Of a stretch of DNA of 44,789 nt, positions 1-7,979 are shown in pieces. The notes under the pieces are model-generated. The model was not told the origin of the DNA, searched no databases, and was given only the letters and a program-made list of their open reading frames with translations. The first letter of the stretch is position 1. Every line of letters starts with the position of its first letter. The stretch is from Acidimicrobiia bacterium (GTDB taxonomy: Bacteria; Actinomycetota; Acidimicrobiia; Spongiisociales; ZC4RG35), in assembly GCA_026989215.1 (NCBI GenBank), contig JALSJV010000298.1, positions 1 through 44,789 of the forward strand. The letters are read 5' to 3'. Position numbers and translations under genes: made by a program.

Positions 1-1
1 C

Positions 2-109
2 GGCGTCGGGGGTGGCCGCGTCGTCGCCACCGGGACGCCCGAGGAGGTGGCCGCGGTCCCGGAGAGCTACACGGGCAAGTTCCTGCGGGACGTGTTGGGG
101 GCGGGATGA
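2..109 (+). CDS. uvrA: Excinuclease ABC subunit A, C-terminal fragment (5' truncated by window edge)
   Basis: Frame from base 2 reads [35 protein letters not shown], the typical UvrA C-terminus; uvrC lies 8 kb downstream. Confidence 0.85.
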   Translation, partial: GVGGGRVVATGTPEEVAAVPESYTGKFLRDVLGAG

Positions 110-1419
110 GGGGGGAATCCCTCAACCCCGACGAATCCGCCTCCGATACACGTCCCGAGGCTCCCTCCCAAGAGTCGGGGAACGTGATCCAGCACCTCGT
201 CGGAGACCCAGCCGTACACGCGGCCGGCGGCCCTCGCCGTCGGCTGGTCCTCGGTCTGGTCCTGATGCTCGCCGCCACCGCGGCCACGCTGCAGCTCGCC
301 AACATGGTCTACGTCGTGGCGGAGGATCCCGATGTGACCTGGGCGGTCCCCGTGAGCGATCTGGGTCGTGACGTGATCGGGTCGAGGGCGAGTCGGGACG
401 GGGGCGTTCCCTACGGCCGACTCGGCGATCTGGATGGCTCGGTGCCGTCGGAGGTACGTGCCTGGTGGGTCGCCCATACGCCCGTCGCCATCGCCGTGGC
501 GGCCGTCCTCGATTCGTGGACCGCCTCCCCGGACCGGACGGCGAGGGCGCTGACCATCGTCGGGTTGGTGGGGGTGGCCTTCGCGCTGGCGGCGGCCGGG
601 GGGCGGGGATCCCGGGGCCTGCTGCTCCTCGCCGCCGGGCTCGCGGTCATTCCGGCATGGACGGACTTCATGTGGGTCCAGCTCGGGACGCTGACCGCCA
701 TGGGGCTGCTCGCCGTGCTCGGTCTGGACTCCCGCGGTTGGCGACGAACCGCGCTGGTGCTCCTCGGCGTCCTCATCGCGTGGAGACCCTGGCTGGCCCC
801 CGTCGCCCTGGCGCTGCCGCCCCGAGGGCGTCTGTGGCGGGACCTGTGGTGGGTCGCCATCGGAGGGGCCGGCGCAACGCTCCTCGCCCTGCCCTGGGTC
901 GGGGGATGGGAGGGCCTCGTCGTCTGGTTGACGGTGGCCGCCCCCGCCAACCTCGCCCAGTATCGCCAGACGATCGGGAACCTCTCGGTGACCCAGTGGA
1001 TGGATCCGCTCCCGGCCTGGATCCTGTTCGGCGTCGGGTATGCCAGCGTGGCGTTGGCCCGGATCCACTTCGACCGCGGACTCCGGCTGGTCTGGGCCAG
1101 CGTGGTGATCTTCACGTTGTCGCTCCTCGTGTGGTCGCACTACTGGTCGGTACTGCTGGCCGTCCTGATCCCCGCCATGAGAGGGTCGCGGCGCTGGAGG
1201 GATCTCGGCAGCGTGGTGGTGGGGATCTTCTCCGGGGCGATGCTGCTCGTCCTGACGGGGCTTTCTCCCCTCGCCCCGGCGGTGAACCTCGCCGGTGCGG
1301 GAGCCGTCGTCGTGTTGGCGATCGGGCTGTGCCGCGAGCTGGTGGCATCCCCGACGTCCAGCCCCGAAGGAGAGGCCTCCGACCGTGCCGTCCCGGTCTC
1401 GGTGCCTGGCATCGGGTAG
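106..1419 (+). CDS. Multi-pass membrane protein, probable GT87/DUF2029-like (GT-C fold) glycosyltransferase; the true start may be GTG at 184
   Basis: Many hydrophobic segments; VQLG, WRPW and WSHYW motifs in positions resembling GT87 GQ, KP and WxHY motifs; ATG overlaps the uvrA stop (ATGA). Confidence 0.6.
   Translation: MRGESLNPDESASDTRPEAPSQESGNVIQHLVGDPAVHAAGGPRRRLVLGLVLMLAATAATLQLANMVYVVAEDPDVTWAVPVSDLGRDVIGSRASRDGGVPYGRLGDLDGSVPSEVRAWWVAHTPVAIAVAAVLDSWTASPDRTARALTIVGLVGVAFALAAAGGRGSRGLLLLAAGLAVIPAWTDFMWVQLGTLTAMGLLAVLGLDSRGWRRTALVLLGVLIAWRPWLAPVALALPPRGRLWRDLWWVAIGGAGATLLALPWVGGWEGLVVWLTVAAPANLAQYRQTIGNLSVTQWMDPLPAWILFGVGYASVALARIHFDRGLRLVWASVVIFTLSLLVWSHYWSVLLAVLIPAMRGSRRWRDLGSVVVGIFSGAMLLVLTGLSPLAPAVNLAGAGAVVVLAIGLCRELVASPTSSPEGEASDRAVPVSVPGIG
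121..149 (+). promoter_or_regulatory. Putative sigma28/FliA/WhiG-type promoter CTCA-N17-TCCGATAC
   Basis: Similar to FliA/WhiG-type -35/-10 (GCCGATA-like -10); GGAATCCCTCAACC (114-127) is nearly identical to 1423-1436; in-frame GTG at 184 follows. Confidence 0.45.
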
Positions 1420-1429
1420 CGAGGAACCC

Positions 1430-1458
1430 CTCAACCACGTCGTCGCCGCTGTCGATCA
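1430..1458 (+). promoter_or_regulatory. Putative sigma28/FliA/WhiG-type promoter CTCA-N17-GTCGATCA upstream of the MBOAT gene
   Basis: Intergenic; same geometry as 121-149; followed by GGGAGG and ATG at 1483. Confidence 0.5.
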
Positions 1459-1482
1459 GAGGGAGGACCCGGCGGTGACTCC

Positions 1483-2877
1483 ATGCTCTTCAATTCCCTC
1501 GCCTATCTCGTCTTCCTCCCCGTCACCGTCGGCGTGTACTGGGAGCTTCCACGCCGGTGGCGTCCCTGGATGCTGTTGGCGGCGTCGTACGTCTTTTACG
1601 GGGCCTGGGACGTCCGGTTCCTGGCGTTGATCCTCCTCTCGACGGTGGTGGATCACGCCGTCGGGATCCGCCTGGGGATGACCGAAGCGCCCCTCCGGCG
1701 GAGGAGGCTGGTGGCGGCGAGCGTGGTGGTGAACCTTGGGATCCTCGCCACCTTCAAATACTGGGGTTTCTTCGTCGAGAGTGCGGCCGATCTCGTCTCC
1801 CGGTTCGGTCTCCAACCCCACCTCCCCGTCTTGAGCGTGGTCGTGCCGGTGGGGATCTCCTTCTACACGTTCCAGACCATGGCCTACACGATCGACGTGT
1901 ACCGCGGGACGATCGATCCCGAGCGCCGTTTCGTCGTCTTCGCCCTCTACGTCGCGTTCTTCCCCCAGCTCGTCGCCGGGCCGATCGAGCGGGCACGGCG
2001 CCTCCTCCCGCAGCTCGCCGACCTTCCGCTCCGGCCGACCCGGGACGACCTCGAGGCGGGGATCCGGCTGATCGCGGTGGGATTCGTGAAGAAGGTGGTG
2101 ATCGCCGACACGGTCGCACCGGTCGTCGATCGGGTGTTCGGCGACCCCGCCGGTGCGGGCGCGCTCGCCCTGGCGACGGGCGTCGTCGGCTTCGCCGTGC
2201 AGATCTACGGCGATTTCTCCGGCTACACCGACATCGCACGCGGATCGGCCCGGCTGTTGGGGGTCCATCTGGTCGAGAACTTCCGTCGGCCCTACTGGGC
2301 CAGCAACATCACCGACTTCTGGCGACGATGGCACATGTCGCTCTCGTCGTGGCTGCGCGACTACCTGTACATCCCCCTGGGAGGTAATCGCCGTGGCCGC
2401 CGCCGCACCTATCTGAACATCGCGGCCGTCATGCTCCTGGGCGGCCTCTGGCATGGGGCGGCGTGGACCTTCGTCGCCTGGGGGGCCCTCCACGGGGCGA
2501 TGCTGGCTCTCCATCGCTGGAGCCGGGAACGGGGCCTGCTCGGGGGCGGGCCGACCCGGTGGGGTTGGGCCCTCACCATGCTGGGGGTGCTGGTCGGATG
2601 GGTGTTCTTCCGTGCCCCGGACTTCTCGACGGCGTGGACGGTGCTGGCGGGCATCGCGTCGGGACGGCCGGGCGCAGTCGATCCCGCGGGCCTCGTCTTC
2701 GTGACCCTCGCCGTGCTGGGCGTTTGGTGGCTCGATCGGTCCGAGCATGCCGGATCCGTCAACCCGGTGGCGTCGGCTCCCGCCCTGGTTCGGGGTCTCG
2801 CCTACGGGGTCGCCCTCGTGTTCGCGATCGTCGGCGGGGCCAGCTCCCCGAACCAGTTCATCTACTTCCAGTTCTGA
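1483..2877 (+). CDS. MBOAT family O-acyltransferase (AlgI/PatA/DltB-like)
   Basis: MLFNS start; GISFYTFQ, FFPQLVAGPIER, DFSGYTDIA, FWRRWHMSLSSWLRDYLYIPLGG and GLWHGA motifs; C-terminal FIYFQF. Confidence 0.95.
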   Translation: MLFNSLAYLVFLPVTVGVYWELPRRWRPWMLLAASYVFYGAWDVRFLALILLSTVVDHAVGIRLGMTEAPLRRRRLVAASVVVNLGILATFKYWGFFVESAADLVSRFGLQPHLPVLSVVVPVGISFYTFQTMAYTIDVYRGTIDPERRFVVFALYVAFFPQLVAGPIERARRLLPQLADLPLRPTRDDLEAGIRLIAVGFVKKVVIADTVAPVVDRVFGDPAGAGALALATGVVGFAVQIYGDFSGYTDIARGSARLLGVHLVENFRRPYWASNITDFWRRWHMSLSSWLRDYLYIPLGGNRRGRRRTYLNIAAVMLLGGLWHGAAWTFVAWGALHGAMLALHRWSRERGLLGGGPTRWGWALTMLGVLVGWVFFRAPDFSTAWTVLAGIASGRPGAVDPAGLVFVTLAVLGVWWLDRSEHAGSVNPVASAPALVRGLAYGVALVFAIVGGASSPNQFIYFQF

Positions 2878-3866
2878 TGCGGCGTCTCCGCGAGCGATGG
2901 GTGGTGGTCGGTGCGATGCTGGTGATCTTGGGCGCCGCCGAGTTCGGGGTTCGCTCGATCGGATCGTCCCTCCCGGAACCCACGGGGCTGCCGTCCGTGG
3001 AGTCGCGGGTCAAGGCGACCCTGCTGAGGGATGTACCTGCACGGCTCGACGTCGTGCTCCTCGGCGACTCGGTGATGGAGGGGGGCGTCGATCCTGCCCG
3101 ACTGCGGTCTCGTTTCGGGCTCGAGGCCTTCAACGCCGCCGTGCCGTTCTCCACGCCGCTGGCCATGGAGCGCTGGATCGACGTCGTGCTGGCCCGCACT
3201 CGACCTCGGCTGGTCGTCGTCGGTCTGGGGTTCGACCCGTCCGTGACGACGCTCGGTGACGATCCACTCCGCCTCGCGTTGGAGCGGGAGCCGGACACGG
3301 GGGTGTGGGAGCTGCTGGGTCGCCATTCCGAGCTGGTGCGGCGTCGGCGCCAGCTCCGCGACTGGTCCGACACGCTCCGCGACGTGCGCGCCCTCGAGGC
3401 GGGCACCTGGACTTCCCGGGGCTTTCAACGAGGGTATCTCGACGGGACGATCCGTTCGGTCGCGACCGTGGAGGAACCGGCGTCGGCGGCGGGGGGACGC
3501 ATGACGAGGGACAATGAAGAGGCCCTCGGGCGACTCGTCCAGCGTCTCGTCGAGGAGGGGATCGACGTGGTCGTGGTGATGGAGCCCATCCGATGCGACA
3601 CCGAGGCGTGTCGCCGTCGCCTGGTCGACTCGCCGTACCATCGCCAGGTCTTCGCGGTCGCAGACCGGACCGGTGCCTCCTATCTCGACACCAACGTGGA
3701 GCGATGGGATCCGGGCCTCTTCGTCGATGCTCTGCATCTCACCGGTGCCGGTGTGGAGCGTCTCACCGACGCCGTCGGTCGCCTCGTCGAAGACCATCTG
3801 TCGGACCCCGTTCGGGGGGCGCGGTGGCGACCGGGTCAGGTCGACGATCGAGACGGCCTGGGGTGA
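2877..3866 (+). CDS. Membrane-anchored SGNH-like protein (DltD/PatB-like acyl-transfer partner)
   Basis: ATG overlaps the MBOAT stop (TGATG); N-terminal TM helix, VVLLGDS catalytic Ser block and C-terminal DALH (DxxH). Confidence 0.8.
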   Translation: MRRLRERWVVVGAMLVILGAAEFGVRSIGSSLPEPTGLPSVESRVKATLLRDVPARLDVVLLGDSVMEGGVDPARLRSRFGLEAFNAAVPFSTPLAMERWIDVVLARTRPRLVVVGLGFDPSVTTLGDDPLRLALEREPDTGVWELLGRHSELVRRRRQLRDWSDTLRDVRALEAGTWTSRGFQRGYLDGTIRSVATVEEPASAAGGRMTRDNEEALGRLVQRLVEEGIDVVVVMEPIRCDTEACRRRLVDSPYHRQVFAVADRTGASYLDTNVERWDPGLFVDALHLTGAGVERLTDAVGRLVEDHLSDPVRGARWRPGQVDDRDGLG

Positions 3867-5077
3867 TCGCCGGGTCGCCGAGCTGTCCGAATCAGGACCG
3901 GTGTGGCGAGGGCGAGGAGGAGCGGGTAGGCGGGATGGAGGATGGTCGTGAACCCTTCGGCCTGCCACGAGGCGATGTCGGGGCCGTACAGGGCGACGAC
4001 GTGGAGGAGCACGGCGGCGGTGAGGAGGGACCGTCGCGGCACCCGGTCCCACAGGAGCGCACCTGCCACGGCGAGCAGCAGCCAGTCGTAGACGACCACG
4101 TGGGGCGTGATGAGCATGGTGGCGACGATGGACCACGCCAGGGCGGTGGTCGGATCATCGGCCACCCGTCGGAACACGACGACGAATCCGGCGACGACGG
4201 CCAGCGTGACCGCAGCCCAGGCCAGGGTCGCCGCCCCTCCCTCCCCGAACACCATCCGGAAGAAGTCGAGACCGCTGAAATACCAGACTCGGTTGGTCGG
4301 TCCGGGGTCGGCGAGGGTGGGGAGCCGTTCCAGGTAGGTGGCCCACCCCTGCGGGGTCGCCAGCACCGTCGCGAGCACCGAGCTCCCTCCGGAGACGAGT
4401 GCCCCCATGAGCTCGCGGCGGTGCCGTGACGGCGCGCTGAGCCACCAGAGGGCGGGTCCGAGGGCGAGCTGTGGTTTCAGGACCAGGAGCCCGATGAGGA
4501 CGCCGAGCCAGATCCGTGCCCCTCGGCGGGCCGCGACGCCGGCCAGGGCCAAGACCAGGAACGCGAAGAAGGTGTTCTGGCCCAGGGCCACGGCCCCGTA
4601 CGCGGGCACGGAGGCGAAGACGAGGATCCCGGCCGTCGGGGAGAGGCGCAGCAGACGGACGCTCGCCACGTAGGCGGCGACCCCGGCGAGGGTCCAGAGC
4701 GCGAGGGCGACACCGAGGGACGTCGCCGAGAGGGGCACGTAGGCGAACGCGGTGGGCGGCGGATATCGGAAGACGGGGCCGCCCGCCGGAAGGTCCAGCC
4801 CGGTGACCTCGTTGAACCGCGCGGCGAAGGCGGCGACGTCGTAGAGGACCGACCAGCTCCCCTCACGGGCGAGCGACCCTCCCACGTAGAACACCGAGAA
4901 GTCGCGCCCCAGGATCCAGACGTCCGGTCCCGGTGCCCAGGAGATGGCCAGCCGTCCGAGGGCGAGGTAGAGGCCCGAGACCACCACCGTCACCCAGAGG
5001 AGGGGGAGTCCGAGCAGGACGACGGGGAGCGGGCGCGTCCTCAGGAGGGACCGGAGGCTGACTGCGGCTCGGGACAC
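3836..5077 (-). CDS. Glycosyltransferase family 87 (DUF2029) protein
   Basis: DFSVFY, FRYPPP, LGQN, LKPQL and PHVVVYDW motifs; multi-pass membrane. Confidence 0.88.
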   Translation of the reverse strand: MSRAAVSLRSLLRTRPLPVVLLGLPLLWVTVVVSGLYLALGRLAISWAPGPDVWILGRDFSVFYVGGSLAREGSWSVLYDVAAFAARFNEVTGLDLPAGGPVFRYPPPTAFAYVPLSATSLGVALALWTLAGVAAYVASVRLLRLSPTAGILVFASVPAYGAVALGQNTFFAFLVLALAGVAARRGARIWLGVLIGLLVLKPQLALGPALWWLSAPSRHRRELMGALVSGGSSVLATVLATPQGWATYLERLPTLADPGPTNRVWYFSGLDFFRMVFGEGGAATLAWAAVTLAVVAGFVVVFRRVADDPTTALAWSIVATMLITPHVVVYDWLLLAVAGALLWDRVPRRSLLTAAVLLHVVALYGPDIASWQAEGFTTILHPAYPLLLALATPVLIRTARRPGDHPRPSRSST

Positions 5078-5087
5078 GGGAGGAACC

Positions 5088-6203
5088 CTATCCGGTGGGT
5101 CCGAACGTGCTCACCCCGAGGGGCTCCGCGGGTCGTTCGGAGACGCGAAGCGAGACCACGGCGGCGACGGTCATGAGGGCGAAGAGCGGGGCGAACACCC
5201 GGACGACGTTGTTGCCCACCGTCCACACCCAATCCGACGACACCAGGGCGACGAGCACCCACGGTGCCACCAGCCAGCGGAAGAGCAGGGAACGGGCTCG
5301 AACGGCGCACACGGCGCCGGCGACGAGCATCCCGATCCCCACCGCGACGAGCAGGCGGTCGCTCTCCGATGTCGTCGGCCAGGTCCCGAGGGAGGCGAAG
5401 ATCCCCGCGCCGGGCCAGGTCAGATTTCCGCGCGGGCTGAGACCGGCGTCCATCCTCGTCTGCAACCACAGCGCCCATCCCAGCAGCGACGTGGCGGGGA
5501 TCCCGAAGGTGGCGGCGGCGCCCCGATCCCTCCGGGCGAACCACTGGTGACCGGCGAGGGAGAGGGCGACGAGCAGGTACTGGTCTTTGGCCAGAGCCGC
5601 CAGGGCCAACAGGAGCACGGTGGTTCGTCGACGTCGGTCGAGGTAGGCGGCGACGGCCAGGGTGGCGAGGCCGAAACCGACGACGTCGGCGGTGAGCAGG
5701 CGTACGGACATCCACAGGCCGGGGTTCGCCAGCACCGCCAGATGCACCCACGGACTCCACCCGAACCGTCGCCGAATCCCTTCGAGCGCCGCCGAGGCGA
5801 TCCCCAACCCCGACGCGGTGGTGAGGACGAACCCGGCCAGGAGGGCGGGACCGTGCAGTGCCCCTCCCAGGGAGGCGATGACGGGGAGGAGGATGCGGCG
5901 GTAGCGGTATCCGGCGTCGACCAGGAGATCGCCGACCTCGGAGCCGTCGAGATCGAGGGCGATGGCGTACCCGATCTGGCCGTCGTGCCCCGACCCCTCC
6001 ACGGTGACGAGTGCGGGAAGGTCCCCTTCGATCAGCGGCCGGACGGTGGCGTCCTCACCGACCGCCAGGAGACCGCTCCATCCCCCGACCGCCGAAGCCT
6101 GGGTCCATTGGAGGAACAGGGCGGTGCCGAGGCCGACGAGCAGCCAGAGGAGAGAGGCCCGCGGGATGCTCGGGCTGGAGGCGAGAGACGACCGTCGAGA
6201 CAT
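5088..6203 (-). CDS. AZOBR_p60025-like cell-surface glycopolymer formation membrane protein (GT-C-like)
   Basis: GHDGQIGYAIALD and YRYRRILLP resemble the GyDGQ..YRYxRIL motifs of this family; multi-pass; start set at ATG 6203. Confidence 0.7.
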   Translation of the reverse strand: MSRRSSLASSPSIPRASLLWLLVGLGTALFLQWTQASAVGGWSGLLAVGEDATVRPLIEGDLPALVTVEGSGHDGQIGYAIALDLDGSEVGDLLVDAGYRYRRILLPVIASLGGALHGPALLAGFVLTTASGLGIASAALEGIRRRFGWSPWVHLAVLANPGLWMSVRLLTADVVGFGLATLAVAAYLDRRRRTTVLLLALAALAKDQYLLVALSLAGHQWFARRDRGAAATFGIPATSLLGWALWLQTRMDAGLSPRGNLTWPGAGIFASLGTWPTTSESDRLLVAVGIGMLVAGAVCAVRARSLLFRWLVAPWVLVALVSSDWVWTVGNNVVRVFAPLFALMTVAAVVSLRVSERPAEPLGVSTFGPTG

Positions 6204-6229
6204 GGACCTGGGTCTAGGGTGTGGTCGAT

Positions 6230-6257
6230 ACATCGGCACGTCGACGGGTCCACTGGA
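6230..6257 (-). promoter_or_regulatory. Putative sigma28/FliA/WhiG-type promoter TCCA-N16-GCCGATGT for the 5088-6203 gene
   Basis: Reverse strand reads CTCCAGT-N14-GCCGATGT, same geometry as CTTCAGT-N14-GCCGATAG at 28201-28229; 26 nt before ATG 6203. Confidence 0.4.
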
Positions 6258-6277
6258 GCGGGGACCAGGAGCAGACA

Positions 6278-7240
6278 ATGACGCGGTTCGCAGACGCCCG
6301 GGTCGTGGTGCTCGGAGGTGCGGGCTTTCTCGGGTCGCACCTCTGCACCCGGCTGACCGAGGAGGGGGCGGCCGTCGTCTGTATCGACAACCTCATCACC
6401 GGGACCGCCACGAACGTCGAGCACCTGATCGGAACGCCGGGTTTTCGGCTCGTGCGGTACAGCATCGTCGACTATCTGCACGTCCCCGGGAGCGTCGACT
6501 TCGTGTTCAACTTCGCGTCGCCTGCCTCGCCGGTGGACTTCACCCGTTACCCGATCCAGATCCTCAAGGTCGGGGCGCTCGGGACCCACCACGCCCTCGG
6601 GATGGCCCTCGCCAAGGAGGCGACCTACGTGCACGCCAGCACGAGCGAGGTGTACGGCGATCCCCTGGTCAATCCCCAGCCGGAGACCTACTGGGGCAAC
6701 GTCAACCCCATCGGGATCCGCGGCGTCTACGACGAGGGGAAGCGGTACGGCGAAGCCCTCACGATGGCCTACCACCGTACCCACGGCGTCGACACCCGCA
6801 TCGCGCGGATCTTCAACACCTACGGCCCCCGGATGCGGCCCGACGATGGGCGGGCCGTCCCGGCGTTCTTCTCCGCCGCCCTCCGAGGCCGTCCGTTGCC
6901 GGTTCACGGAGACGGCTCCCAGACCCGCTCGCTGTGCTACGTGGACGATCTGATCGAGGGGATCCTCCGGCTGGCCCTCAGCTCCGAGCACGAGCCGGTG
7001 AACGTGGGGAACCCCGAGGAGATCACGATCCTGGAGCTGGCCCGCACGATCCAGGAGGTCGTCGGGGTGGACACCGGCATCGAGTTCCAACCCCGACCGG
7101 TGGACGACCCGGCCGTCCGCCGTCCCGACATCAGCCGAGCCGAGAGGATCCTCGGATGGAGACCCGAGGTCCCGTTGCGGGAAGGGCTGGCACGGACGAT
7201 ACCGTGGTTCCGCCAGGCCCTCGGTGTCGACGGGTCGTGA
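6278..7240 (+). CDS. UDP-glucuronate decarboxylase (UDP-xylose synthase) family NAD-dependent epimerase/dehydratase
   Basis: [41 protein letters not shown] and [10 protein letters not shown] motifs; GGAG ribosome-binding site before ATG 6278. Confidence 0.9.
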   Translation: MTRFADARVVVLGGAGFLGSHLCTRLTEEGAAVVCIDNLITGTATNVEHLIGTPGFRLVRYSIVDYLHVPGSVDFVFNFASPASPVDFTRYPIQILKVGALGTHHALGMALAKEATYVHASTSEVYGDPLVNPQPETYWGNVNPIGIRGVYDEGKRYGEALTMAYHRTHGVDTRIARIFNTYGPRMRPDDGRAVPAFFSAALRGRPLPVHGDGSQTRSLCYVDDLIEGILRLALSSEHEPVNVGNPEEITILELARTIQEVVGVDTGIEFQPRPVDDPAVRRPDISRAERILGWRPEVPLREGLARTIPWFRQALGVDGS

Positions 7241-7947
7241 CCTGGGGAGGATCCGCCGACTGGTGGATCGCCGAAGTGGCGTCGGACCCCGCCTACCGGG
7301 AGGTGGTGGAACCCCTCATCCTGGAGCTGTGCGATCTGAGGCCGGGAGATCGGATCCTCGACGTCGGTTGCGGAGAGGGGCGGATCATGTCCGCGCTCGC
7401 CCGAGTCGGAGCCCGGCCCGTCGGATGTGATCTCGATCTCGACCTGCTCCGACGGGCCCGAGGACGGGGGCCGGTGGTTCGCTGTCGGCTCCCCGACCTC
7501 GGCTGGGCGGCCTCGGCGTCCTTCGACGGGGCGGTGATGTCCCTCGTGCTCGAGCATCTTCCGGACGTCGACCCGATGCTGGCGGAGCTGGGTCGTGTCG
7601 TGCGCCGAAGCGGGTTCCTCGTGGTGGTCGTCAACCATCCCGTCTTCACCGCTCCCGGATCGGCCCCGGTCGTCGACACGGACGGCGAGGTCCTGTGGCG
7701 GCCCGGTCGTTACCTCGACGTCGGGTACACCGACGAGCCCGCGGGGGACGGGGCGATCCGTTTCCATCACCGGCCCCTCTCGGGCCTGGTCAACGCCGCG
7801 GCGGAGGCAGGCTGGATGTTGGAGCGGATGGTGGAGCAGGGTGTCACCGCCGGGCAGGTCGCGCGGAGCCCGTCCCTCGCGGGCCAGGAGCACATCCCCC
7901 GACTGGCCGGATTTCGGTGGCGGCGGCGTGGCGGCGTCGTCGCCTGA
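7237..7947 (+). CDS. Class I SAM-dependent methyltransferase
   Basis: ILDVGCGEG motif I, SFDGAV, LVLEHL; GTGA overlap with the upstream stop. Confidence 0.85.
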   Translation: MTWGGSADWWIAEVASDPAYREVVEPLILELCDLRPGDRILDVGCGEGRIMSALARVGARPVGCDLDLDLLRRARGRGPVVRCRLPDLGWAASASFDGAVMSLVLEHLPDVDPMLAELGRVVRRSGFLVVVVNHPVFTAPGSAPVVDTDGEVLWRPGRYLDVGYTDEPAGDGAIRFHHRPLSGLVNAAAEAGWMLERMVEQGVTAGQVARSPSLAGQEHIPRLAGFRWRRRGGVVA

Positions 7948-7964
7948 CAGCTCGCGGGCGTCGG

Positions 7965-7970
7965 TACGCT
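7965..7970 (+). promoter_or_regulatory. Putative -10 element (GG-TACGCT) of uvrC
   Basis: TANNNT 9 nt before ATG 7980; the 10-mer GGTACGCTGA also precedes gpmA and pafA. Confidence 0.5.
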
Positions 7971-7979
7971 GAAGGGTCG

